Assembly (NCBI GenBank): GCA_019057475.1 | Contig: DXJO01000041.1 | Location: 96,001-160,000, forward strand | DNA: 64,000 nucleotides | From: Candidatus Thorarchaeota archaeon | GTDB lineage: Archaea > Asgardarchaeota > Thorarchaeia > Thorarchaeales > Thorarchaeaceae | Direction: 5' to 3' | Shown here: positions 30,005 through 39,617 of the stretch, piece after piece | Layout of the letters: every line of letters begins with the position of its first letter | How positions within the stretch are numbered: the stretch's first letter is position 1 | Program-made: the position numbers and the translations under genes | Notes under the pieces: generated by a model | Databases searched by the model: none | Seen by the model: the letters and a program-made list of their open reading frames with translations, nothing else | What the model was told of the DNA's origin: nothing

Positions 30005-30433
30005 CTAGAGTGACATAATCTTGATGAGGGCTTCACCTTCAATGACAACTTCTTGGTTCTGATTTGTACATAAGGTCTTCAAAGTGACTCGTTGCTTCTC
30101 ATCGTTAAGAGAAGCTACCTCGACCCTAGCAGTTATTGTGTCACCAATTCTGACTGGCCCCATGAAATTCATACTCTGTCCTAAATATATCGTCCCGGGA
30201 CCGGGTAATTTCATGCCGATGGCAGCACTGATGAACGAAGCAGTGAGCAGTCCATGAGCAATTCGTCCATTAAACATCGTAGTCTTAGCCCATTCTTCAT
30301 CGAAGTGCAATGGATTGTAATCTCCACTAAGGTCTCCGAATGTCTGAATATCCTCCTCTGTGATAGTATGTGTTACCTCTGCAAATTGTCCAATGTGAAG
30401 ATCAGAATATTTTGTCGCTTTTATTTCATTCAC
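30005..30433 (-). CDS. MaoC-family (R)-specific enoyl-CoA hydratase
   Basis: F...SGDYNPLH.D...A....F.GRIAHG, LPGPGTIY..Q...F..PV.IGD; start at GTG 30433. Confidence 0.92.
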   Translation of the reverse strand: MNEIKATKYSDLHIGQFAEVTHTITEEDIQTFGDLSGDYNPLHFDEEWAKTTMFNGRIAHGLLTASFISAAIGMKLPGPGTIYLGQSMNFMGPVRIGDTITARVEVASLNDEKQRVTLKTLCTNQNQEVVIEGEALIKIMSL

Positions 30434-31451
30434 CTTTCCACATTCCCCATTTGATTGTAATCGCATTCCATGACCAGCCAATCCCAGCAGCGGTCAAAAC
30501 AACAATGTTCCCATCCTTTATCTTTCCATCCTTTAGACCTTCTTCAACTGACACAATCGAATCGTTTTGACCCATATGTCCCCATTCATCGAAATATGTT
30601 GCTTGATTATATGGATGAACACCTAGTTCATTTGCTACGAACTCAAAGGCACTTCTCTTCATTCTGATGAGCCCAAGATAGTCAATATTCTTTCGAGTAT
30701 ATCCACTCTTCTCTAATGATTCATCTACGACTTTCAAGAAATTGGTCATTGATAGTCTATCAAGACGGTCTTTCAACCCTGGAGGATCAGTGACATCCAA
30801 GTACTGCATGCGTTTCTCAATCGCCTCACATGTGATAGGAATGACAGTGCCACCTGCAGGTACATAGACATCTTCTGAAAATTGGCCATCTGTGATGACG
30901 CTTCCCTCTAGGATGACATTTTGTGGATAATCATTACGAAGAATCATGGCGACTCCACTGGCAGCTAAATCATGCATGAATCGTGTCCGGATATTCGAGT
31001 AGTCTATGAGATCACAGTTCCTGTATCCACTGCCAATTAGAACCCGTTTGTATCCTTGGGTTTCCATTAAAGACTTGGCAATGATCATGGCAACAACAAT
31101 TGTGCCGCATCTCTGGTTGACATCAAACGCCCAAGCTTTTGTTGCACCCACCTCGTTTTGGAACTTGATGGCATAGGTTTGCATAGGATGCTCTGCGTAA
31201 ACCTCGCCAGCCCAAATCACTAAGTCAATATCCTTTGCAGGATCTAGCCCCGCTCGTTCTATAGCAATCTTTGCAGCCTTCACGCCCATTGCCACAGTGT
31301 GATCATCTGGACCAGGCACAGCCTTACTCTTCATACCCATCTTCGTTTCAATTATCTCTGCTGGAGTTCCAGATTGTTCAGATATGTATTGAGCAGTATG
31401 CCTCTCAGGAGGTATATAGGTGCCAATCGCTTCAATTCCAATCTTTCTCAT
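30426..31451 (-). CDS. 3-oxoacyl-ACP synthase III (FabH/KASIII)-like enzyme 1, non-canonical active site
   Basis: IGTYIP, AFDVNQRCG catalytic Cys, LIRMKRS, WGHMGQND, VLTAAGIGWSW. Confidence 0.88.
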   Translation of the reverse strand: MRKIGIEAIGTYIPPERHTAQYISEQSGTPAEIIETKMGMKSKAVPGPDDHTVAMGVKAAKIAIERAGLDPAKDIDLVIWAGEVYAEHPMQTYAIKFQNEVGATKAWAFDVNQRCGTIVVAMIIAKSLMETQGYKRVLIGSGYRNCDLIDYSNIRTRFMHDLAASGVAMILRNDYPQNVILEGSVITDGQFSEDVYVPAGGTVIPITCEAIEKRMQYLDVTDPPGLKDRLDRLSMTNFLKVVDESLEKSGYTRKNIDYLGLIRMKRSAFEFVANELGVHPYNQATYFDEWGHMGQNDSIVSVEEGLKDGKIKDGNIVVLTAAGIGWSWNAITIKWGMWKGE

Positions 31452-32983
31452 TTCGCATCCTCCAACTCTCTTTTCAGAATTTTGCCTGTTGCGCTTTTGG
31501 GTAGGTTTCCACGAAATTCGTAATGCTTAGGAATCTTATAACTTGCAAGTTTATCATCCATATACTGTCTTATTTCGTCCTCTGCTAGTGATTCTCCATC
31601 CTTCAAGACAATGAACACCTTTCCGACTTCTCCCCACTTTTCATGTGGCACTCCAATTACAGCAGCCTCAAGTATTGCAGGGTGCTTGTATAGTACATCT
31701 TCAATCTCTGAGGGAAATACATTTTCTCCCCCTGAAATGAACATATCTTTCTTGCGACCAACTATATAGTAGAACCCATCACTATCACGCATGACGAGGT
31801 CTCCTGTATGCACCCATCCATCAGATTCAATGACTTTTGCTGACTCTTCAGGTTCCTCCCAATAACCACTGAATGTATGAGGTCCTCTCAACATCAACTC
31901 ACCTACCTCCTCATCTGACAGCGTTACATTGTCATCATCAACTATCTTCATATCACAGTGGAATGCAGGAAAACCAACAGATGTTGGTCTTTCCTTAACA
32001 GCATCATCAGGTAAGTAGAAATTATTAGGTCCTACTTCAGTGAGTCCATACCCCATTTTTAGAATCTTACCTCTCTCCCAGTATTTTTCCATTATCGCAA
32101 CAGGACATGGAGCACCTCCACTGATGAACGATCTAACATGTTCAAAGTTTGTCTTCTTGAAATTCGATGATTGAGATATCATGTTAAACACGGTAGGGAC
32201 GCCAATCACGATTGTGCATCTCTCGCTCTCAACTACTCTCAGTGTTTCTTCAGGATCAAAGTCGCCCATGATTATACTTAATGCTCCAAGATGATAGAAT
32301 GGTATGAGAAGTACATTGATTCCTCCTGTATGAAAGAGTGGAAAGAGTAGTGGTTGAATATCATCTGGTCTAAGTCCCCATGAAACAATCGTATTAACTG
32401 AGTTCCAGAATACCAATCTGTGTGATAGAACAGCACCTTTGGGTAGGCCTGTAGTTCCGCCTGTGAAGACGATCAAGAAAGGATCATCCATTGTGATTGC
32501 TGGTCGTTCTACTGCACTGGAGGATTTTCTGGTCATGAGCGAATAAATATCGGGGTCAGTATCAAACATCTTATTTCCCATGACGACTACAAGCTGTTTT
32601 TCAAGGAGCGGACGGATTTTCCCAAACTGGATTCTCAAATTGGGGTCATAGAATACTATAGAGGGGTTTGTCTTTTTCAAAAGGTATTCAGTTTCGGGTG
32701 TGGTAAGCCGAATGTTAAACGGAGTCAGAATGGCTCCTATCTTTCCACAAGCAAAGAGGATGTCAAGAAATTCGAACCTGTTCTTAGAGTAGATGCCTAC
32801 TCGGTTTCCCTTTTGTACTCCTGAATCAAGTAATAATCTTGCTACTTGATTCGCTCGTTTATCCATTTCTTCGAATGTGTATCTCTTATTCTGGATGTTG
32901 TCAACTATTGCTTCCTTTTTTGGAGTCAAGAGCGCTCTTCTTCCAGTCCAATCTCCTATCCAAGACCAATCTTTCAGGTTCAT
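31448..32983 (-). CDS. Acyl-CoA synthetase (AMP-forming, FadD/MenE-like) 1
   Basis: FTGGTTGLPKG, GYGLTE, TGDL, GRKKDMFISGGENV, KSATGKI. Confidence 0.93.
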   Translation of the reverse strand: MNLKDWSWIGDWTGRRALLTPKKEAIVDNIQNKRYTFEEMDKRANQVARLLLDSGVQKGNRVGIYSKNRFEFLDILFACGKIGAILTPFNIRLTTPETEYLLKKTNPSIVFYDPNLRIQFGKIRPLLEKQLVVVMGNKMFDTDPDIYSLMTRKSSSAVERPAITMDDPFLIVFTGGTTGLPKGAVLSHRLVFWNSVNTIVSWGLRPDDIQPLLFPLFHTGGINVLLIPFYHLGALSIIMGDFDPEETLRVVESERCTIVIGVPTVFNMISQSSNFKKTNFEHVRSFISGGAPCPVAIMEKYWERGKILKMGYGLTEVGPNNFYLPDDAVKERPTSVGFPAFHCDMKIVDDDNVTLSDEEVGELMLRGPHTFSGYWEEPEESAKVIESDGWVHTGDLVMRDSDGFYYIVGRKKDMFISGGENVFPSEIEDVLYKHPAILEAAVIGVPHEKWGEVGKVFIVLKDGESLAEDEIRQYMDDKLASYKIPKHYEFRGNLPKSATGKILKRELEDAK

Positions 32984-33345
32984 TGTTCAATCTCTTTTGA
33001 TTCAGAATGAAAACATTCTCAAGTATTAGTCTTACTGAAGATAGAGTTACTATTAGACACTTATTACTTTGAAAATCTATTAGAGTCTTGCATAAGAGAA
33101 CTATCTGATTGACTCTTTGTTCCATATCCTCGAATGCGTATCTTGCAAGAATGTCACCTCTCCGCCTATTCCTCTCCTTAGAATCAATGGTGTCTTTCAT
33201 TTCATTCTCCCGAGGTGCTTTACTATTTGTTCCAGATTTGCATTAAGAGGCAAAATCTGTCCAAAAGACATATTATTGGCTGAAATCAAACTCCTTAAGG
33301 ATAACCAACCTTTGATGTATCATATCAGTTCAGGAGGAAGTTGAA

Positions 33346-34140
33346 TTGTCCTCAACGAATGAGTTCATCCTTAGCACAAGTGGGTTAACCAAGAATTTTG
33401 ATGGTCTAATTGCCGTTGATGATGTAAGTCTAGATGTCGAAAGAGGTTCGATAAAATCAATCATCGGCCCGAATGGTTCAGGCAAAACTACTTTTTTTAA
33501 TCTCATTACAGGAGCCCTCCCTCCTTCGTCTGGAAAGATATATTTCGAAGGTCAAGATATAACTCGATTTTCAATGCATCAACGTACACGACAAGGTATA
33601 TCACGATCGTATCAGATCACGAATATTTTCCCATATCAGACAACATTTGAAAATATACGGTTGGCAGCTCAGGGCTGTAGTGGTGCAAAAGTAAATTTCT
33701 TTGGAATGTTAAAGAAAGCAGGCTCATTTAGCGAGTTTCATGAGAAAGTAATTGATATAGCAACACTTGTGGGTCTTAATCCTGCGAGACTCTATGTCCC
33801 AGCCGCTTTGATCCCACATGCCGAACAAAGAAAACTTGAAATCGCGATGGCCCTCGCTACCGAGCCGAAACTCCTCTTACTTGACGAACCTGCTGCTGGA
33901 ATATCAATAGAAGAGATACCAGATGTTATTGATGCTATTTTGCGGGTCAAAGAATCCTATGGGGATCAACTAACGCTATTAGTAGTTGAACATAAAATGG
34001 ACATTGTTATGAAACTCAGTGAGGAGATTGTTGTTCTTTCAGAAGGAAAAATGATTGCAAAAGGTTCTCCAAAGGAGATCCAAGAAAATGAACAAGTATT
34101 GACAGCTTATCTCGGTGGTACAGATGAAAAACTTGCTTGA
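33346..34140 (+). CDS. livG: Liv-type ABC transporter ATPase
   Basis: IIGPNGSGKTT, RSYQITNIF, LLLLDEPAAG, VEHKM. Confidence 0.9.
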   Translation: MSSTNEFILSTSGLTKNFDGLIAVDDVSLDVERGSIKSIIGPNGSGKTTFFNLITGALPPSSGKIYFEGQDITRFSMHQRTRQGISRSYQITNIFPYQTTFENIRLAAQGCSGAKVNFFGMLKKAGSFSEFHEKVIDIATLVGLNPARLYVPAALIPHAEQRKLEIAMALATEPKLLLLDEPAAGISIEEIPDVIDAILRVKESYGDQLTLLVVEHKMDIVMKLSEEIVVLSEGKMIAKGSPKEIQENEQVLTAYLGGTDEKLA

Positions 34141-34843
34141 AATACAAAATGCTCACGTATACATTGGTTCCTTCTACATTCTGCAAGGAATCTCACTAGT
34201 CGTGCCTAAAGGAGAAGTTACTCTATTACTGGGTAGGAACGGCTCTGGAAAAACTACTACAATGAAATCAATACTCGGTATATATCCACCAAAAGAAGGA
34301 AAGATTGTCTTCAAGGGTGAGGAGATATCCAATCTCCCTACCCATAAGATAGTCAACAAAGGCATGGGATATGTCCCTGATACAAGAAGGATATTTGGAA
34401 CACTGACGGTTGAACAGAATCTAGTTGTGTCAATGAGGAAGGGAAGCTCGCGAGAAGACATGCAAAAACGATTGGATCTAATCTTCGATTTGTTTCCTGA
34501 CATGAAAGGGTTTCTGAAACAGAGAGCAGGTACTCTATCAGGTGGTCAACAGCAAATGCTAGCTGTTGCCCGTGCATTGATGAATGAAAATGATTTGTTG
34601 CTCATCGACGAACCTACAGAGGGCTTGAGTCCCCTTTTAGCTAAGAACCTTATCGACTCTCTTGACAGACTAAAGGAATTTGCTACTATCTTACTGGTTG
34701 AACAGAACTTTCGGACAGTGTCTAAGCTGGGTGATAACTACTACATTTTCGATAATGGAAAAATCGTTCATGAGGGCACCAACATGTCTGAGTTAATAGA
34801 CGACAAGGCACTTGTTGCACAATACTTGGGGGTAAGCATTTAA
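34124..34843 (+). CDS. livF: Liv-type ABC transporter ATPase
   Basis: LGRNGSGKTT, AGTLSGGQQQML, DEPTEGLSP, LVEQN. Confidence 0.9.
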   Translation: MKNLLEIQNAHVYIGSFYILQGISLVVPKGEVTLLLGRNGSGKTTTMKSILGIYPPKEGKIVFKGEEISNLPTHKIVNKGMGYVPDTRRIFGTLTVEQNLVVSMRKGSSREDMQKRLDLIFDLFPDMKGFLKQRAGTLSGGQQQMLAVARALMNENDLLLIDEPTEGLSPLLAKNLIDSLDRLKEFATILLVEQNFRTVSKLGDNYYIFDNGKIVHEGTNMSELIDDKALVAQYLGVSI

Positions 34844-35955
34844 TGACTATGCAAACAAAGAGATTCTCTCCTCGGGACTACTTGGAGGAAAACCCACAGG
34901 TTCGCAAATTGTTGAGGATTACAGTGGTGATTGCACTCATAATAATAGGGGGTCTATTGGTTTTAGCTGCGATAGACGTCTATACATGGAACGGATTCGT
35001 TGTAAGGGCTAGCAAATCACTAGTTAATGGTCTTGCACTCAGCATGTTGCTCTTCTTGATGGTCTCTGGTTTCTTCTTGATCTTTGGTCTATGCGACGTA
35101 ATCAATTTCGCGCACGGCGCGTTCTTTATGTTGGGAGGTTTCATGGGTTTCGTAATCTATCTCGGAACCGAGGCTGTTTTCCTAGACCCAGCCCTACCGT
35201 TCTATCTTATCTTCGGAGCTAATCAATTTGCCTTGTCAGTCACGGCCTTTATTGTAAGTGCCCTTGGAGCCGCAGCAGTTCTGGCTCTTATTGGTGGAGG
35301 AATAGAGTTCTTTACAATTCGGCGGCTTTACGGTAATCCTATCGCTCAGATACTGCTGACAGTTGGTTTTATGTTCGTTATCACTCAGATTGTCGAGATT
35401 ATCTGGGGGCCTTCACAGTTTTCCTATTTCATTATTTCCAATTCGCAAATAACCTACTTCTTCATTAGTGGTTTACTTGATTTTGGCGGAGGGCTGCAAT
35501 TTGCTGTTTACCGTATTTTCTTGATTTTTCTAGGGTTAGCAGTTGCTGGATTAATGTTTATAGGGTTCAGAAAGACACGTATCGGACTCCTGGTACAAGC
35601 AGGTATAGAAGATTCAGAGATGGTTGAAGCATTAGGGACTGATATCAGAAAATTGTTTACAATTGTATTTATGTTGGGTGCAGGTCTTGCGGGACTATCA
35701 GGGGCTGTCCTAGTCCCGTGGATTGGAGCAAACTCGGGTCATGGTCTCACATACCTCATATTCGCATTTGTCATAGTTGTCGTTGGAGGCGCCCATTATG
35801 GTCGCCTTGAAGGGACTTTCTTTGGTGCACTTATAGTCGGTCTATCAATTCAATTTACATCATATTTCATTCCATTTCTTGAGAACATTATTGTATTCAT
35901 AATTATGGCGATTATTCTGATAGTAAGACCAGGAGGATTAACGGGTCATGAATAA
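34843..35955 (+). CDS. livH: Liv-type ABC transporter permease
   Basis: VINFAHGAFFMLG, TRIGL.V.A, VVVGG, RPGGL.G. Confidence 0.9.
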   Translation: MTMQTKRFSPRDYLEENPQVRKLLRITVVIALIIIGGLLVLAAIDVYTWNGFVVRASKSLVNGLALSMLLFLMVSGFFLIFGLCDVINFAHGAFFMLGGFMGFVIYLGTEAVFLDPALPFYLIFGANQFALSVTAFIVSALGAAAVLALIGGGIEFFTIRRLYGNPIAQILLTVGFMFVITQIVEIIWGPSQFSYFIISNSQITYFFISGLLDFGGGLQFAVYRIFLIFLGLAVAGLMFIGFRKTRIGLLVQAGIEDSEMVEALGTDIRKLFTIVFMLGAGLAGLSGAVLVPWIGANSGHGLTYLIFAFVIVVVGGAHYGRLEGTFFGALIVGLSIQFTSYFIPFLENIIVFIIMAIILIVRPGGLTGHE

Positions 35956-37552
35956 TGAAAGAAATATCGTAAGGAGACTGAAAGTAATTATCCTTAGGAT
36001 ACCCTCCATGCTGTCGAACAATAGAGCAGTAATAGCTGTTCTTGCGTTTTTGTATCTACTCCCATTGGGTACAGCAGCAAGTACGTCCCCCGTTCGAGCT
36101 TTGCTCTTCCTCATTACTCAGATAATGGTTTTTAGTCTTCTTGCAATGTCTTTTGATCTACAATTAGGACGTGCATCGCTTCTGAATTTCGGACATGTTG
36201 CACTTTTTGGTGTGGGCGCCTATTTCATGGCATTTACTTTGGACGCAGATTTTCTCCCCCCGCCCTTTAATCTCATAGCTGCGATTCCATTTCCCCTTAC
36301 ATTAGTTGTGGCAATGATGATTGGCGGTGGTCTCGGGCTCATAATGGGACTGACGACGAGCCGCATGAGAGGCACAGCGTTTGCATTTATTGGTTTAGCG
36401 ATAGCGATGTTCATCTATAATTTCTTCGCTGAAAATCCTGGTCTTTCTGGGGGAGAAACAGGACTGAGGGTACCAACTCCTGATATCATTAGGACTGCTC
36501 CTTTCTATCTGCTCTTTGTCACACTTGCATTTGTATTCCTTGCCGCATTTATTGGAATGGTCGTCCTTTACATAAAGAAGCGGACAGAACCTATTGGTCT
36601 AATCCTGGTCACTCCAGTTATGGTAGCCTTTACAGGTGTCCTATTGATTTTTGGGACAAATGTCTTTGGACCTGTGTTAGTATTCATTGCCTTTCTTGGG
36701 ATGATTTTCCTCTTCTGGATTGAACGGAGCAAATCCATTAGTGACCCTCTTCAATATTCTGAGAACCGAACATTCACAGGGGAAGTAAAACCAACTAACA
36801 AACTGACTACCTACGTATTACCTTTCATTATCATAATAATCGTCCTAATTGGCGTGGTTGTTAGTTTTGGTTCAAACATTGCTCAAATGGTAACACTGTG
36901 GATTGAAGATAGCTCCACATTTTACTTCACTATTCCAGTGCAATTCTATCTAGTATTGACTTGTCTTGTGATAACCTATGTTTTCATAAAACGATTAATT
37001 GCATCACCATTCGGGAGAATGGTTACTGCGGTCGCTCAAAATGAAGAACGGGCTGAAGCTTTAGGCTACAATAGTTATCGTGCCAAAATAGTTGTGCTTG
37101 TTATAAGTGGGGCAATTGCCGGCCTTGCAGGGGCGTTGTATGCACCATTCATTAGAATTATTGATCCGCATACCACATTAGGAGTCGAAATAACAATCAA
37201 TGCAATGTTGTACACCATTATCGGAGGAATTGGTACACTACTGGGTCCAATACTCGGAACAGGAGTAGTGGTGTACTCTGAGCTAAATCTAGTGGACTTC
37301 ATAAGGGAGGGGCTAGGCCTACCTGGACAATTATGGTTGGTCGGGCTAGGAGTGATGTACATATTCATTGTCCTATTCATGCCTCTTGGTATCGTTGGTT
37401 CTATTGGACGAAGGGCTGGCTCTATCAAAGATAGATTACGACAATTAAAATTAGGTCAATTTGAGTTTGGAATAAAGGATACCGATTATTGGGTCTTTGG
37501 ATTACTGGGTACAATAGGTTTGTTCCTATTGTTGTTGATCGTCAGTCTTTAG
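35948..37552 (+). CDS. livM: Liv-type ABC transporter permease with large membrane insertion
   Basis: LNFGHVALFGVGAY, GGETGL, SPFGR...AVAQNE.RAEALG, IIGGIGTL.GP. Confidence 0.88.
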   Translation: MNNERNIVRRLKVIILRIPSMLSNNRAVIAVLAFLYLLPLGTAASTSPVRALLFLITQIMVFSLLAMSFDLQLGRASLLNFGHVALFGVGAYFMAFTLDADFLPPPFNLIAAIPFPLTLVVAMMIGGGLGLIMGLTTSRMRGTAFAFIGLAIAMFIYNFFAENPGLSGGETGLRVPTPDIIRTAPFYLLFVTLAFVFLAAFIGMVVLYIKKRTEPIGLILVTPVMVAFTGVLLIFGTNVFGPVLVFIAFLGMIFLFWIERSKSISDPLQYSENRTFTGEVKPTNKLTTYVLPFIIIIIVLIGVVVSFGSNIAQMVTLWIEDSSTFYFTIPVQFYLVLTCLVITYVFIKRLIASPFGRMVTAVAQNEERAEALGYNSYRAKIVVLVISGAIAGLAGALYAPFIRIIDPHTTLGVEITINAMLYTIIGGIGTLLGPILGTGVVVYSELNLVDFIREGLGLPGQLWLVGLGVMYIFIVLFMPLGIVGSIGRRAGSIKDRLRQLKLGQFEFGIKDTDYWVFGLLGTIGLFLLLLIVSL

Positions 37553-37619
37553 GATGGAGTTGATGGTATGATCAAGATTTCATCAAGAAAGAAGGTTGAA
37601 CGAAAAGTGGGTGATTGTC

Positions 37620-38438
37620 TTGCCATATGAAACTATCGGAGACATCGATATCTATTACGAGATTCATGGACCACCTGAGGCTCCACCACTTGTGTTGATA
37701 GGAGGATGGGCTAGTTATCGTTGGATATGGTTTCGACAAATTCCTGCCTTCAAAGAAAGATACAGATGTGTTGTGTTTGATAATCGTGGAGCAGGAAGAA
37801 GTTCCAAGCCTGACCATCCATATACTATGGAAATGTTCGCTGATGATGTTGTTGGTCTGATAGAAGCATTGGATATCGAAAACGCACATATCATAGGGAT
37901 TTCAATGGGTGGATTCATTGCGCAGCAAATTGCGATTTCCTATCCCGAAAAGGTTCGAAGCTTGATCATTGTTTCTAGCAGCTTTGGAGGGCCTAATTCT
38001 ATTCCTATGGATGATAAAACAATGGCCATGTTAATTGCTCTTCCAACTGAAACAATATCAAAAGAGCAAGCGAGGGAGATGCGCTATAAAGCTACTTTCA
38101 GTACACAATTCCTCCAAGAAAACAGGTTAGTGATAGATCAGATAGATGAATGGGCTGAACGGCATCCTACGCCGGTATATGCACAAGTGCATCAAAGCTC
38201 AGCAGCAAAATCGTTTAATGCTGAATCGGAAGTGAAACAAATATCTACACCGACACTTATCTTACACGGAGATAGTGACCTTTGTTTTCCACCTAAGAAT
38301 GCAGAACTGCTAGCTAATAGCATATCCACATCGAAATTGAAAATTATAGAGGGCGCATCACATTTTGTCATCATTGAAAAGTATGAAGAGTTCAATAATG
38401 AGGTAATGAATTTTATAGACGAAGTGGAAAAAGGATGA
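37620..38438 (+). CDS. Alpha/beta hydrolase
   Basis: FDNRGAGRS, GISMGG nucleophile elbow, HGDSD, ASH. Confidence 0.9.
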   Translation: MPYETIGDIDIYYEIHGPPEAPPLVLIGGWASYRWIWFRQIPAFKERYRCVVFDNRGAGRSSKPDHPYTMEMFADDVVGLIEALDIENAHIIGISMGGFIAQQIAISYPEKVRSLIIVSSSFGGPNSIPMDDKTMAMLIALPTETISKEQAREMRYKATFSTQFLQENRLVIDQIDEWAERHPTPVYAQVHQSSAAKSFNAESEVKQISTPTLILHGDSDLCFPPKNAELLANSISTSKLKIIEGASHFVIIEKYEEFNNEVMNFIDEVEKG

Positions 38439-38511
38439 CTTATTCCTGAGCCCAAAAGGAAGGTGATTTGGCAAGGAAAAGAATGTTGGGCCCGATAAGC
38501 AAACTTAGAGG

Positions 38512-39531
38512 ATGATGTTTATGGTTCGTTCAGCTGTGGTCACAGGTCTGGGAATGTATGTTCCTGAAAAGATGTTGACAAATGAAGAAATTGAGCTAGT
38601 GCTTGATCGTCCTGGAACAGCAGATTGGTTGGTGGAGAATGTTGGCATCAGACAACGTCACGTCATGGCTGAAGATGAGGTGACATCTGATCTTGCTCTT
38701 CATGCTGGTCGTGAAGCATTAGAAAATGCAGGATTGGAAGCAGACGATCTCGACCTAATCATTTTGAGTACTGACACACCGGACTATCTATCTCCAGCAA
38801 CATCAGTAGTGGTTCAGCACAAACTCGGTGCGAAGAATGCAGGTACTTTTGACGTCAATTGTGCTTGTGCAGGTCTGGTTACTTCTTTGGACATAGCCTC
38901 CCGCTATATTAGAACAGATTTTGACATCAATTCGGTTTTGGTGATTGGGGCATACGGAATGACCAAATTTGTTGATTGGACAGACCATTATACTTGTACT
39001 TTGTTTGCGGATGCTGCAGGAGCAATGGTACTGCAGGCCAGTGAGGATAGAGAAGGATTCATTGCCTCTGAATTAATAGCGGATGGCTCATTCCATGACC
39101 ATTTGGGGATATTTGTCGGAGGAACGGCAGAACCCCCAACAGTTGAAGCGATCCAGAATCACAGGCACCATCTAGCTTTTCGCAAACGCTTTCCGGCCGA
39201 TACAAACCTTCAACATTGGCCAACTATGACAAGAGATTGTGTATCAAAGGCTAATCTGTCCATCGAGGATATCGACTGGATTTTCTTCACTCAGGTGAAC
39301 ATACGAACTATTGAGGCGGTAATGAAGGAACTAGGTATGCCACTTGAGAAGACTCACAATGTTCTGGATAAATGGGGGTACACGGGTTCAGCTTGTATTG
39401 CATTGGCGATGTACGATGCCATTGAACAAGGGAAACTTCCACCTCCCGGACAGGGAAACGGCGAGAATATAGCACTCTGCTCATCCGGGGGAGGTTTCAA
39501 CATGGCTGCCGCCGTTCTAAGATGGTGGTAA
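38512..39531 (+). CDS. 3-oxoacyl-ACP synthase III (FabH/KASIII)-like enzyme 2, non-canonical active site
   Basis: GLGMYVPE..LTN, GIRQRH, FDVNCACAG, FFTQVN, WGYTGSAC, SSGGG. Confidence 0.88.
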   Translation: MMFMVRSAVVTGLGMYVPEKMLTNEEIELVLDRPGTADWLVENVGIRQRHVMAEDEVTSDLALHAGREALENAGLEADDLDLIILSTDTPDYLSPATSVVVQHKLGAKNAGTFDVNCACAGLVTSLDIASRYIRTDFDINSVLVIGAYGMTKFVDWTDHYTCTLFADAAGAMVLQASEDREGFIASELIADGSFHDHLGIFVGGTAEPPTVEAIQNHRHHLAFRKRFPADTNLQHWPTMTRDCVSKANLSIEDIDWIFFTQVNIRTIEAVMKELGMPLEKTHNVLDKWGYTGSACIALAMYDAIEQGKLPPPGQGNGENIALCSSGGGFNMAAAVLRWW

Positions 39532-39617
39532 TGGATTTTTATTTTGGTTGTGGCTGATTACACAAGAAGCGATTATGCCTATTGAGCAAGAATAGAACTC
39601 ATATCGAGGGGATACTA

